Shown here in pieces: positions 1 through 9,311 of a stretch of 64,000 bases of DNA. Position 1 is the stretch's first letter. Every line of letters starts with the position of its first letter. A program made the translations under genes and the position numbers. The notes beneath the pieces were generated by a model. The model had not been told where the DNA came from. It ran no database searches and was given only the letters and a program-made list of their open reading frames with translations. The DNA is taken from positions 1 to 64,000 of the IMG/VR virus record IMGVR_UViG_3300005274_000001; one strand, given 5' to 3'. Source of the stretch: a virus.

Positions 1-189
1 ACCCTTCTTGTTTTGTTCAAATTTTACTTCAAATGGTTCTGATCCCCCACCTGGCTGTGAGCAGATACAATTAGAAAAATCTATTGTAAATCGTGTTATT
101 GTGTTGACAACTGTTGTAGGCTGTGAGCAGTTACAATTAGAAAAATCTATTATAAATTGTGTATTTGTGTTGGCAAATGTTGTAGCCAC
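1..189 (-). CDS. 5' part of a hypothetical protein running off the window, with a duplicated 22-aa N-terminal Cys-containing repeat (not in ORF track)
   Basis: Minus strand is open from GTG at 189 to base 1: VATTFANTNTQFIIDFSNCNCSQPTTVVNTITRFTIDFSNCICSQPGGGSEPFEVKFEQNKKG. TACAAT lies 6 nt before the GTG, the leaderless layout seen throughout the window. Confidence 0.7.
   Translation of the reverse strand, partial: MATTFANTNTQFIIDFSNCNCSQPTTVVNTITRFTIDFSNCICSQPGGGSEPFEVKFEQNKKG
53..185. repeat. Two tandem imperfect 66-bp repeats
   Basis: ggctgtgagcag...tgttgta units start at 53 and 119. Confidence 0.9.
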
Positions 190-224
190 GGTTTAATTGT
201 ATATAAAAGAAAAGGTTTTTTCAC

Positions 225-253
225 TTGACACGAAAGAGTTGAGGTGCTATCAT
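225..253 (+). promoter_or_regulatory. sigmaA-type promoter of DNA polymerase (leaderless)
   Basis: TTGACA(225-230)-17 nt-TATCAT(248-253) with extended TG; ATG 7 nt downstream at 261; no SD. Confidence 0.85.
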
Positions 254-260
254 GAGTGGC

Positions 261-2372
261 ATGGACAAAGACCTTTTGGGATACAAAAAGATTGTTGGGA
301 TAGATATAGAAACATGGGACGGTAAACGAGGAGGATCACTTGATCCTTATTCTGGAAAAATAGCACTAGTTCAAATTGCTTATGATAAAGATAATATTGT
401 TTTGTATAGACCATGGGAAGCTAATTTTGAAGAGGCATTAAGAGTCATTAATGACAAAGAAATCTTAAAAGTTGGACATAACCTAAAGTTTGACCTTAAG
501 TTCTTTTATATGAACAACATATATCCAGAACCAGTATTTGATACAATGATTGCTTCACAAATGGTTTATGCAGGTTTAGATGAACCTGATGAAATATCTG
601 AAGTATTGGAAGCGCTTAAAGATGATTTGACTACAGAAGAGGTTGCAATTTTTGAGATTCTTGGTAAGAAAAAAACAAAAGCAACTAGATTTTCTCATAG
701 CTTGCAGGCGGTGTTGAAAAGAGAACTAGATATTTTCCTACCTAAAGATGTTCAGAACAGCAATTGGGGAGGTGAACTTAGTGAAGCACAAAAAGAGTAC
801 GCAATCAACGATGTTAAGTACTTAAAAGATTTGGCTATAGAACTTTGGAAAAAAATAAAAGCTTTAAATATGGAAAAAGTATTTATGTTAGAAATGAAAT
901 TTTTACCTGTGTTGGTAATGCTAGAATTAACTGGTGTCAAAATTAACAAAGATGGTTGGCAACAAAAGATGGAAAAAGAAAAACAGGAATTGTTGCAATT
1001 AGAGAAAGAACTTAAAAAAGAAATTTACGAAAAGTTTGTTTCAAAGAATAATACGAGTACTATGATTGGATTGTTTGAAGATGCAGAGTATGAAAAAATA
1101 AATTTAAACTCACCGCTACAAATGTCAAAAATTTTTGGATTACCAAATGTGTCAAAACTAACACTAGAAAGGATTGATGATCCAACAATTAAAAAGTATG
1201 TTGAGTACAAAAAGAAAGCAAAATTAGTAACCACATACTCAAAAGAATATTTGGAAAAACTAACAAGTAACGACAGACTTTTTTCAGATTATTCACAGAC
1301 GAAAACTGCTACAGGAAGAATTAGTTCTAGTAATCCAAACTTACAAAATGTACCATCTTGGTTTAAAAGGTATATAACAGCAGAAGAAGGCTATGTTCCT
1401 GTATTTGCTGATTATTCTCAAGTAGAATTAAGAATTCTTGCCTACTTATCAGGTGATGAGGCGATGATAGATAGCTGTAATTCAAAAGATATGCATAGCG
1501 AAAATGCTAGAAAAATTTACAAAATTCCTCCAGGTCAACCTGTACCTTCAGAATTAAGAAAAAAGGCCAAGACAGTTTCATTTGCTATTCCTTATGGTTC
1601 ATCAGCCTATGGATTGGTTGTGCGAGGAATGTTTTCTAGTGTGCGGGAAGCAGAGGAAGCAATTGAAGGATTTTTTGATAGCTTTCCCAAAGTTAAGGAA
1701 TTCTTAGAAAAAAGCGCAAAAAGCGCACAAAATGGTATTACTAGAGATGCTTTAGGAAGAGTCAGAAATTATAAGAAAATTTACATTAGCGAAGACGAAA
1801 AAGAAGCTTTAAAGATTTTTATGTTTAAATTACCCTCTGGAACTTCTAAAGATGAGTTTATAAAGGAAATCTTGGGAAAAAATAGTTTTAAAGATGCTGC
1901 AAAAATTTTTGGAATAGATGAACAGACACTACAATTAGCGATTTCTGCTTATGAAAAAACAAAGAAATTAGCCAAAATTGCAAGAGAAGGACAAAACCAT
2001 CCGATTCAAGCTACTTCTGCATCAATCACGAAAACAGCAATGGTTGATCTTTTAGAGTATTTATCAATGACTGGATATGGATATATGACATTGACAGTTC
2101 ACGATAGTATCTTTTTTGAAATCAAAAAAGAATTCATCTTTGACGCACTTCCTAAAATAAAAGAAATAATGGAACAAGCTGGTCCAAAGGTTGTACCAGG
2201 AATTATAACTCCGGTAGATGTTGAAGTAGGAGAAAAAATATCAGTATTTTGCAATTCTTGTGGAAAAGAATACGAAATTAACAGATACATGGTGGATATA
2301 AAAGAAAAAATAATCGTAGATTTTACTAAAGATGTGTATATTTGTGAAGAATGTTTTAATAATATTCTTTAA
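261..2372 (+). CDS. polA: Family A DNA polymerase with 3'-5' exonuclease, no 5' nuclease, C-terminal CxxC...CxxC
   Basis: ExoI DIET, ExoII HNLKFD, ExoIII YAIND; TATGRISSSNPNLQN; motif A ADYSQVELR, motif B RKKAKTVSFAIPYG, motif C TVHDS. Start moved from 252 (inside the -10 box) to 261. Confidence 0.97.
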   Translation: MDKDLLGYKKIVGIDIETWDGKRGGSLDPYSGKIALVQIAYDKDNIVLYRPWEANFEEALRVINDKEILKVGHNLKFDLKFFYMNNIYPEPVFDTMIASQMVYAGLDEPDEISEVLEALKDDLTTEEVAIFEILGKKKTKATRFSHSLQAVLKRELDIFLPKDVQNSNWGGELSEAQKEYAINDVKYLKDLAIELWKKIKALNMEKVFMLEMKFLPVLVMLELTGVKINKDGWQQKMEKEKQELLQLEKELKKEIYEKFVSKNNTSTMIGLFEDAEYEKINLNSPLQMSKIFGLPNVSKLTLERIDDPTIKKYVEYKKKAKLVTTYSKEYLEKLTSNDRLFSDYSQTKTATGRISSSNPNLQNVPSWFKRYITAEEGYVPVFADYSQVELRILAYLSGDEAMIDSCNSKDMHSENARKIYKIPPGQPVPSELRKKAKTVSFAIPYGSSAYGLVVRGMFSSVREAEEAIEGFFDSFPKVKEFLEKSAKSAQNGITRDALGRVRNYKKIYISEDEKEALKIFMFKLPSGTSKDEFIKEILGKNSFKDAAKIFGIDEQTLQLAISAYEKTKKLAKIAREGQNHPIQATSASITKTAMVDLLEYLSMTGYGYMTLTVHDSIFFEIKKEFIFDALPKIKEIMEQAGPKVVPGIITPVDVEVGEKISVFCNSCGKEYEINRYMVDIKEKIIVDFTKDVYICEECFNNIL

Positions 2373-2655
2373 AATAGTTTTTTAACCAAAAATTCCAGAA
2401 CGGTAGCAATGATAAAGCAAAAGATGCGATTATAAAAACTTCTACAACATCCAATTTTCTTCCAACCAAACTCTCCATTATATTAGATAAAATCCAAACA
2501 AAACCAGCTATTCCCCATGATATATCACGAAAACTCGGTTTTTGTTTAATTATAAAGCTTCCTATCAGCACAACCAATGAAAATGTAGACCACGAAGTTA
2601 TTATCATTCCTAAAAAATTGACAAAAAGTTTTACTATTTCGTTATTCAGTTCCAT
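2356..2655 (-). CDS. Small membrane protein (about 3 TM)
   Basis: Three hydrophobic stretches; overlaps neighbours in an operon-like way. Confidence 0.7.
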   Translation of the reverse strand: MELNNEIVKLFVNFLGMIITSWSTFSLVVLIGSFIIKQKPSFRDISWGIAGFVWILSNIMESLVGRKLDVVEVFIIASFALSLLPFWNFWLKNYFKEYY

Positions 2656-2908
2656 CGTTGTCCCCTACCCCCACTTTATCTTTTTTTTCATTAACACCCT
2701 TCTCTTCATCACTACTATAGGAATTTTTCTTTAATCTATAGGAAAGCTCTCCTATACCCAATAGCGCCCCCCAAGCTGAACCTATTAAAAAGGCCCAACC
2801 TTGAGGTATATCTTCTCCTGTAAGTAGACTGCGTATTAAGAGTGCTAACGCAGTAATGGAGGTAATTATCAGTAAAGTTATTCTGATTATAGTGTTTTCT
2901 TGATCCAT
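2642..2908 (-). CDS. Small 2-TM membrane protein with charged C-tail (holin-like)
   Basis: Two hydrophobic helices then a highly charged tail. Confidence 0.65.
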   Translation of the reverse strand: MDQENTIIRITLLIITSITALALLIRSLLTGEDIPQGWAFLIGSAWGALLGIGELSYRLKKNSYSSDEEKGVNEKKDKVGVGDNDGTE

Positions 2909-2910
2909 TT

Positions 2911-3183
2911 TTACTTTTCATTTTTCCACGCATTTTTAAGGTTTAGGAAAGCAACTACTGCATCAATAAGACCAGAAACAAAATTAACAATTTCTTTTTG
3001 TTTGTCTTCGCTGAGAGAAGTTATATCTAAAGCTTCATCAAGAAGCTCCATTGCAATTTTCTTCTTCTCCTTCCCGTCTTTTTCTTTATACAGAGCTTCT
3101 ACTTTTTGAACTACTTTTATAACTGTAGGAAGATATTTAACAACTAGGTTTAGGAATGAAACTATTTTTAGTAGGGCTACCAT
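2911..3183 (-). CDS. Holin-like amphipathic protein (LL-H-type pattern)
   Basis: VVQKVEALYKEKDGKEKKKIAMELL...LIDAVVAFLN pattern; AAGGTG SD precedes ATG 3183. Confidence 0.55.
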   Translation of the reverse strand: MVALLKIVSFLNLVVKYLPTVIKVVQKVEALYKEKDGKEKKKIAMELLDEALDITSLSEDKQKEIVNFVSGLIDAVVAFLNLKNAWKNEK

Positions 3184-3241
3184 GTTTATCACCTTTATTT
3201 ATTTTATTTAAATTTAACGAAGAGTTTATCCTTTAGTCGTG

Positions 3242-3270
3242 TTGACAGCTGTTACATTCTGTGATAATAT
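3242..3270 (+). promoter_or_regulatory. sigmaA-type promoter
   Basis: TTGACA-17 nt-TAATAT, then GGGGAG SD and ATG 3287. Confidence 0.8.
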
Positions 3271-3286
3271 AAAACAGGGGAGAAAC

Positions 3287-3616
3287 ATGCTTGGAGCAGT
3301 CTACATACTAGAAAAGAAAGGGAAAGGTTTCTACAAAGTTGTAGAAAAGGTTGTTAACGAATTTGTCAACGATTCTGATTTAGAGGCTTTAACGACTAGT
3401 TTGGCGAACGATGTTTTTGCGAAAAATGGAGCAATTGGTACAGTTGAATCAATAAACGATTTCTTTATGAGCGGTTCTGTAGAAATTGATGGGAAAAAGT
3501 TTAAAACAAGAAAAGTAAAAACTTATCGAGTAAAAATAAATCACTCAAAATTGACAAAAGATGCAGAGTTCTTTGTAGAATCTGTTGTTCTAAGTGAAAA
3601 TGGACAAGTGGCATAA
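3287..3616 (+). CDS. Hypothetical protein
   Basis: ORF; start corrected to the SD-preceded ATG downstream of the promoter. Confidence 0.8.
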   Translation: MLGAVYILEKKGKGFYKVVEKVVNEFVNDSDLEALTTSLANDVFAKNGAIGTVESINDFFMSGSVEIDGKKFKTRKVKTYRVKINHSKLTKDAEFFVESVVLSENGQVA

Positions 3617-4028
3617 AAGATTTATTGAATTAGCCAAAACAATTGCTCAATATTCAAAGGATCCGAGGACAAAAGTAGGCGCTGTAATTGTTGATGATGA
3701 AAAAAGAATCGTTTCTATGGGATATAATGGTTTTCCAAGAAAAGTTTTAGATTTAGAAGAAAGACTAATTGATAGGAAAGAGAAGCTTAAATATGTTGTC
3801 CACGCAGAGCTGAATGCTATTTTGAATGCCAAAAAGGATATAGAGGGAACAACAATTTATGTTTATCCTTATTTTCCTTGTAATGAGTGTGCCAAAGCAA
3901 TAATTCAGTCTGGTATAAAAAAGGTGATAACTACGGGAATAGTAGACGATAACTGGAAAGAATCAGTTGAAGCCTCAAAGAACATGTTTAGTGAAGCTGG
4001 TATAGTTGTGGAAATTTTTCAGGAATAA
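3600..4028 (+). CDS. dCMP deaminase
   Basis: SKDPRTKVGAVI, GYNG, HAE and PCNEC zinc-deaminase motifs. Confidence 0.95.
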   Translation: MDKWHKRFIELAKTIAQYSKDPRTKVGAVIVDDEKRIVSMGYNGFPRKVLDLEERLIDRKEKLKYVVHAELNAILNAKKDIEGTTIYVYPYFPCNECAKAIIQSGIKKVITTGIVDDNWKESVEASKNMFSEAGIVVEIFQE

Positions 4029-4058
4029 GATTTATTTTCGTTTGTTTAAAATGAATAT

Positions 4059-4487
4059 ATGTATGTCGATGTTATAAAATTGATCTTGCTTATATTTTCT
4101 TTTACAAATGGAAAACCAGCAACAGAAGACATAGCTTGGCAAGTAGCCTTTAAGTTCACATTACCAGAAAATGCCCCAGTAGTTGAAGTGTCCTTTGATT
4201 ATGTGCCAATTTATTATTTTTCTCTAAATGGAAATCTTTGTGGAGTATCATATGGAGCATTTGTAATTGTTGATCCAAATCATAGGAAAAAAGGCTGTGA
4301 AAATACATTGGAACATGAGTTGGCGCATGTTTGGCAATATAGGTCTTATGGGATTATATTGCCCATAACATATTCATTTATGAAAGATTTTTGGGAAACT
4401 GATGAGCCGTGGCACAAAATACCAGAAACACATAAGGTTTTAAACTTTCCTCTTATAAGGTTTTATATACCGTTAGCTTCGCCGTGA
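4059..4487 (+). CDS. Small putative zincin metallopeptidase with hydrophobic N-terminus
   Basis: LEHELAHVWQY (HExxH); TAAAAT-6 nt-ATG leaderless start. Confidence 0.65.
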   Translation: MYVDVIKLILLIFSFTNGKPATEDIAWQVAFKFTLPENAPVVEVSFDYVPIYYFSLNGNLCGVSYGAFVIVDPNHRKKGCENTLEHELAHVWQYRSYGIILPITYSFMKDFWETDEPWHKIPETHKVLNFPLIRFYIPLASP

Positions 4488-4501
4488 TAACATAAAAACA
4501 A

Positions 4502-5026
4502 ATGAAGGATGCTTTTAACATCTACATAGATGTAGCCCTAAGAAAATCTGGCGTTTTGATAACGAAAAATAAACAACCAATAGAACATTTTTTAATTAAG
4601 TATGACAGAGAATTTAATGTAGAAAACTTTGAAGATATCGTTGCGCATAAAAAATTTATAAAAAAGACACTTCAAAAAATAAAAGAAAAGTACAAAAAGT
4701 TTGATAAAGCATTTTTAGAAGCTGATGTTCTTGGGTATAGAAAAGGAGGATTTAAGAATAAAGAGCTAATGACAATAGTAAGAATGAATTACAGCTTCTC
4801 CTTAAGCGAAACCCTAGTTAAGCCAAAAAACATTTATTTCATAACAGCATCTGTGTGGAAGAGAAAATTATTAGGAAATGCATCTTTGAAAAAAACAGAA
4901 TATAAGGAAAAATTGATAAAGTTAATTGAAAAAGAGCTTAATATGGAAACTAGCAACATAACAAGTATGGACATATTAGATGCATACGGCATTTTTCTCT
5001 ATTTTTTGAAATCAAATATTGTGTAG
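4502..5026 (+). CDS. RuvC-like Holliday junction resolvase
   Basis: IYIDVALRKSG, FLE, ASVWKR and DILDAYGI acidic catalytic pattern. Confidence 0.75.
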   Translation: MKDAFNIYIDVALRKSGVLITKNKQPIEHFLIKYDREFNVENFEDIVAHKKFIKKTLQKIKEKYKKFDKAFLEADVLGYRKGGFKNKELMTIVRMNYSFSLSETLVKPKNIYFITASVWKRKLLGNASLKKTEYKEKLIKLIEKELNMETSNITSMDILDAYGIFLYFLKSNIV

Positions 5027-5035
5027 TGTCAAGCG

Positions 5036-5064
5036 TTGACTTCTCTTTCATCTTGTGCTATCAT
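5036..5064 (+). promoter_or_regulatory. sigmaA-type promoter of RNR (leaderless)
   Basis: TTGACT-17 nt-TATCAT; ATG 7 nt later at 5072. Confidence 0.85.
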
Positions 5065-5071
5065 GAAAGCC

Positions 5072-7465
5072 ATGACTGACCTAGCAAGATACAAGGAAGA
5101 GCTTTACGGATCTGAAACTTTAAGGAGTGTTTTTGATAAAATTAAGAGCAATTTTAAGGAAGATGTTGACACTTTTGAGAAATTTTTAGAATACGGAGAA
5201 CCAGAAAATGCGCTAACCAAAGAAGAAATTAACAATGTATTTACTGAACTTGAAAAGTTGGGACTAATCGAAGAAATTAAAGATGAACTTTCTTCTTTCT
5301 ACAAAGTAAAGAAAGAAGATTTGATTGATGGATTCTTTATCCAAAATATTTCTAGCGAAATTTATAAGCAAAAATATCAGTTGAAGGATGGGAAAAACAA
5401 AAATGAGCTAGTTGATTTAACGCCATACCATACATTTGTTCGTGTAGCATTAGCTATATCTTTGGTTAACGCTAGATACTCAAAAAGGCTAGAAAAGTAT
5501 GGCCTAGATGCATTTAAGACTTTTGTAGATGATTTTCTTTCTTTCTTTTACATTTTGGCAACTGGAAAAGCAACTGGTGCGGGTAGAGTAATGTCTAACG
5601 CTGGTTCTAAGCTATATAAGACTTATACAACACTAATAAACTGTACAGTAATGAGGCAAATTCCCGATAACATGCAGGGAATAATGGAAACATTAACTGA
5701 GGCTAGCCTTACTTTAAAGGCTGGTGCAGGAACAGGATATGATTTTTCCTCTATTCGTCCCAAGGGTGCGTTTGTTCATGGTGCTGGTGCAGAAACTTCT
5801 GGTGTAGTTTCATTTGCTGAAATTTTTGACAAAATGTGTTCAACTATCATGTCTGCTGGTGGGAGAAGGGGTGCGCAAATGCTGGTCATTGATGTAAGAC
5901 ACCCCGAAAGCATTGATCTATTTACGGCAAAAAGAAATGATGGAGTTCTTAGGTATTTTAACATCTCCCTTCTTTTCCCCAACTCACTAATGGAGAAAGT
6001 TAAAAACGATGAAGAATTTGAGCAATGGTTCTGGACTTTTGAAACAACATTTACTCCTAGTGAAGTTGTGGATAAAAACGGTAATAAAGTTTTCTTCATT
6101 GGAGATAAAGAGGTAGTAATCGTTGACAATGGCAAGCTTCCCTATGAATATGAAGAGTATGATTATTTCGCCTTCGGCAAGGATCACCAAGTGATGCTTC
6201 ATGAAAATTTTGGCAAAGATGAATATAGGGTTTACAGAAAAGAAGTATTTAAGAGAGTAAAAGCTAGAGAAATCTATGATATTGTAATGCAATCTACTTA
6301 CGACTACGCAGAACCAGGGATTATCTTTATTGACAATGTAAACAACAGAAATGTTTTAAAAGGAAAGGAATACATTAGGGCAACAAATCCATGTGGAGAA
6401 CAACCTCTCCCACCATATGGCTCTTGTAATTTAGGTTCTATTTTCCTCCACAGATTTGTTAAGGATCCCTTTAATTACAATTTAAAACTAGAAGAAAATT
6501 TCGATTTTGACAACCTCTTTGAGGTTGCTAGATTGATGAACAGATTCCTTGACTTTGTAAATGACATAACAAACCTTCCATTAGTTCAGTTGAAGGAAGC
6601 TGCATTTACAAAGAGAAGGCATGGGCTTGGAATTTCTGGTATTGCAGATACTCTAATAATGGTTGGACTTAGATACGGTTCTGAAGAGGCTGCAAAGTTT
6701 TTAGAAAAAATAATGTATACGATACAACTCGCTTCTGCAGTAGAAAATGTTAGAATGGCAGATATTTATGGTCCTGCTCCTATTGGTATTACACTAAAGG
6801 AATGGGTAGATGTGTTTGGTCATTTAAAAGAAAAACTTGAGGAAATTTATGGAGAAGATTTTTATAAACTTCCACTTAGATACTCCCATGCAATTTCCAT
6901 TGCTCCAACCGGAACAATTTCGTTAACATTTGGTAATAATGTAGCTAACGGAATTGAACCTACATTTGCTTTGTCTTACATGAGGAACATTAGATTGCCC
7001 GGAAAGAAAACAAAAACACAAGAAGAAGTTTATTCATTTGCTGCAATTCTCTTTAAGAATTATTTTGGACATACAAATTACAACGAATACTTCGTTACCA
7101 CAAACGATATTACTGTAGATGAACATATAAGGATGCAGGCTAGTGCACAGAAATATGTTGATAGCGCAATTTCAAAAACCTGCAATGTTCCTACTGATTA
7201 TCCATTTGAAATGTTTAAGGATGCCTATATTAAGGCATATGAGTTGGGACTTAAAGGATTTACTACATTTAGATTTAATCCGAAGTTTTCTGTAGGCGTT
7301 CTTGTTAAGAAAGATGACTTAGAAAATCTGTTGATTGAATTTGAAACAGATACTGGGGAGAAATATGTTGTGAAAGGTTCAGATATCGTTGTTTACGATG
7401 GAGAAGAACACATAGCAGCCAATCTTTATGAGGCTCTAAAGGAAGGCATCTATGGGCGCATGTAA
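5072..7465 (+). CDS. nrdJa: Class II (adenosylcobalamin-dependent) ribonucleotide reductase, catalytic subunit
   Basis: INCTV, GGRRGAQM, EPGIIFID, ATNPCGEQPL, SCNLGS, IAPTGTIS, DSAISKT; no class I beta subunit nearby. Confidence 0.92.
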   Translation: MTDLARYKEELYGSETLRSVFDKIKSNFKEDVDTFEKFLEYGEPENALTKEEINNVFTELEKLGLIEEIKDELSSFYKVKKEDLIDGFFIQNISSEIYKQKYQLKDGKNKNELVDLTPYHTFVRVALAISLVNARYSKRLEKYGLDAFKTFVDDFLSFFYILATGKATGAGRVMSNAGSKLYKTYTTLINCTVMRQIPDNMQGIMETLTEASLTLKAGAGTGYDFSSIRPKGAFVHGAGAETSGVVSFAEIFDKMCSTIMSAGGRRGAQMLVIDVRHPESIDLFTAKRNDGVLRYFNISLLFPNSLMEKVKNDEEFEQWFWTFETTFTPSEVVDKNGNKVFFIGDKEVVIVDNGKLPYEYEEYDYFAFGKDHQVMLHENFGKDEYRVYRKEVFKRVKAREIYDIVMQSTYDYAEPGIIFIDNVNNRNVLKGKEYIRATNPCGEQPLPPYGSCNLGSIFLHRFVKDPFNYNLKLEENFDFDNLFEVARLMNRFLDFVNDITNLPLVQLKEAAFTKRRHGLGISGIADTLIMVGLRYGSEEAAKFLEKIMYTIQLASAVENVRMADIYGPAPIGITLKEWVDVFGHLKEKLEEIYGEDFYKLPLRYSHAISIAPTGTISLTFGNNVANGIEPTFALSYMRNIRLPGKKTKTQEEVYSFAAILFKNYFGHTNYNEYFVTTNDITVDEHIRMQASAQKYVDSAISKTCNVPTDYPFEMFKDAYIKAYELGLKGFTTFRFNPKFSVGVLVKKDDLENLLIEFETDTGEKYVVKGSDIVVYDGEEHIAANLYEALKEGIYGRM

Positions 7466-7477
7466 AAGGAGGCTTAC

Positions 7478-8077
7478 ATGGTAGAGATAAAGGGAAAGAT
7501 AGTCGGGTTTCGCCTTCTAGAAAACAAGGAAGAGGAAAAGCAAAAGCCTCTTATAAGGAATCAGGTGGTTCATGGCTATACAATAAAAATTTCCTACAAT
7601 GATCATTCTCTATACTTTACCTTAAATTTTGATGAAAAAGGAAATCTTTTGGAACTTTTTGTTAATAGTTCATCAACGTCATCTTCAACCAATGCCTATA
7701 TACAAGCAATCGCTAGGATGGTAAGCAATCAGCTGAAATATAGAATTCCAGTAGAGAAGATCATTAAGCATTTAGACAATCTTGATTCTGGAGAAACCTA
7801 TTTAGTCAAATTTCCTGGAATGAAAAAATCCAAGTTCATAAAAAGCATTCCAGACTTAATAGCAAAAGTTTTGACATACTACAAAGATGAAGCAACGCTA
7901 AGGAAAATTTCTCAAGGAAATAATTTAGATGAAAAACCCGAAGAAAAATCTAATGATGAAGTCAAACTTGAAGTTAAGACTTCTACTATAACTTGTCCCT
8001 CATGTGGAAGCAATAGCGTAAAAGTTGAAGAAGGATGCTTTACATGTTTGTCTTGCGGGTATTCTAAGTGCGGCTGA
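7478..8077 (+). CDS. nrdJb: Class II RNR second subunit (TSCPD-like domain with C-terminal Zn ribbon/Cys pair)
   Basis: AGGAGG SD; LYFTLN...LLELF...AIARMVS...KSIPD; ends CPSCGS...EEGCFTCLSCGYSKCG. Confidence 0.88.
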   Translation: MVEIKGKIVGFRLLENKEEEKQKPLIRNQVVHGYTIKISYNDHSLYFTLNFDEKGNLLELFVNSSSTSSSTNAYIQAIARMVSNQLKYRIPVEKIIKHLDNLDSGETYLVKFPGMKKSKFIKSIPDLIAKVLTYYKDEATLRKISQGNNLDEKPEEKSNDEVKLEVKTSTITCPSCGSNSVKVEEGCFTCLSCGYSKCG

Positions 8078-8110
8078 GGCTTTTGTGGTATATTTAGGTT
8101 GGAGGTGTAC

Positions 8111-8317
8111 ATGGACCTTTCATGGGTAGAAGAATTAAAAAGAGAAAGAGAAATGATTGAAAGCGAATATGCCTCTCTTGGACAAAAAATACAAGAACTA
8201 GAAGCTAGAAGGAAAATGTTAAGAGAACGGGCAATTTATTTGGAAGGCGTTTTGGATGCTGTAAAGAAGATTCAAGAGGACACACAAGCTAGTGAAACAA
8301 AGCAAGAAGGCAACTAA
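8111..8317 (+). CDS. Small coiled-coil protein
   Basis: GGAGGTG SD before ATG 8111; heptad-rich. Confidence 0.8.
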   Translation: MDLSWVEELKREREMIESEYASLGQKIQELEARRKMLRERAIYLEGVLDAVKKIQEDTQASETKQEGN

Positions 8318-8329
8318 AGGAGAGAAAGC

Positions 8330-8782
8330 ATGCTAGTAGACCAAGACGGAAAGCCACTAAGCAAAAAGGAGCTTAAGTATCTTCCCAATTTTTTGGGGAT
8401 TGTTTCTGTGGTTACAAAGAAAAGCGTTGTAGAAACAAATGAGCCACTTGAACCATACTTTATAATGTTTATGCTTGTTACTCCACAAAAGATGGAGCTT
8501 TATTCTCAAGCAGGCTCATTGCTTCAAGAAGTAATACTTCACAACCTCCTTGACTCTTATGTTAAAAAGGAATATGGAAAAGAACTAAAGGAAATGGATG
8601 AAAAAGAAGCACAAAAAATGCTTTCTGAATTTTTGAGGAAATATCAAGTCAATATTCAACCACAACCAATCCCCCTAGATTTTGTGGTGCTAGAAAATAT
8701 TGATGAAGAGGAGTTAAAGAATCTAATAGAACAGGAAAAGCTGAAGAATAGCTTTTTGGTGAGTGGAAATGAGCAGGGATAA
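8330..8782 (+). CDS. Hypothetical protein
   Basis: AGGAG SD; operon context. Confidence 0.8.
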   Translation: MLVDQDGKPLSKKELKYLPNFLGIVSVVTKKSVVETNEPLEPYFIMFMLVTPQKMELYSQAGSLLQEVILHNLLDSYVKKEYGKELKEMDEKEAQKMLSEFLRKYQVNIQPQPIPLDFVVLENIDEEELKNLIEQEKLKNSFLVSGNEQG

Positions 8783-9098
8783 AGTTCTTACTGTAAACTC
8801 GCTAATTGTTAAAGTTCAAAAAAGCGGTGAAAAGTATACTGATACTGGTTTAGTTATTGTAGAAGAAGAAAAAGCAGTAAATTTTGGAGAGGTTGTAGCG
8901 TTGCCTTTTCTAATTACAGAATCTCACAAAGAATACGAAGAACTTGTAAAGCACATTTCTGTCGGTGATACTGTAATTTTTAATGCAAAAATGACTTACA
9001 ATATTGTGAAACTAGAGAATCAGAAGCCAAATGAGGAATTCCTTATAATTTCACTTGATAATATACACGCAATTATAAAGAGGGGGGAAGTTCAATGA
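8769..9098 (+). CDS. groES: GroES/Cpn10-like co-chaperonin
   Basis: LIVKVQKSGEKYTDTGLVI (mobile loop), GEVVA, VGDTVIF, EEFLIISLDNIHAII follow the Cpn10 pattern. Confidence 0.8.
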   Translation: MSRDKVLTVNSLIVKVQKSGEKYTDTGLVIVEEEKAVNFGEVVALPFLITESHKEYEELVKHISVGDTVIFNAKMTYNIVKLENQKPNEEFLIISLDNIHAIIKRGEVQ

Positions 9099-9310
9099 CA
9101 AACTCCTTCTCTTTTAAAACAAAGAAAACCTGTTCTTGTAAATACTCTGATGAATATACAATTGTTTGCGAAAACGGTAACTGTAGATTGTACTCCAATG
9201 GAATTTTGGTAACAAAAGATAGAGATTATGCTAAAACGCTAATAGAAAGTGTTAAAGATTCTTTGGAGGAAGAGGATTACAGAAAAGCTTTAGACCTTCT
9301 AGGAGGATAA
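9095..9310 (+). CDS. Small Cys-rich hypothetical protein
   Basis: CSC...CENGNC; GAGGGGG SD, ATGA overlap. Confidence 0.75.
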   Translation: MTNSFSFKTKKTCSCKYSDEYTIVCENGNCRLYSNGILVTKDRDYAKTLIESVKDSLEEEDYRKALDLLGG

Positions 9311-9311
9311 A

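Noticed and set aside
8-196. Plus-strand 62-aa ORF
   Set aside because: Shadow of the minus-strand gene, which has a proper -10 and start.
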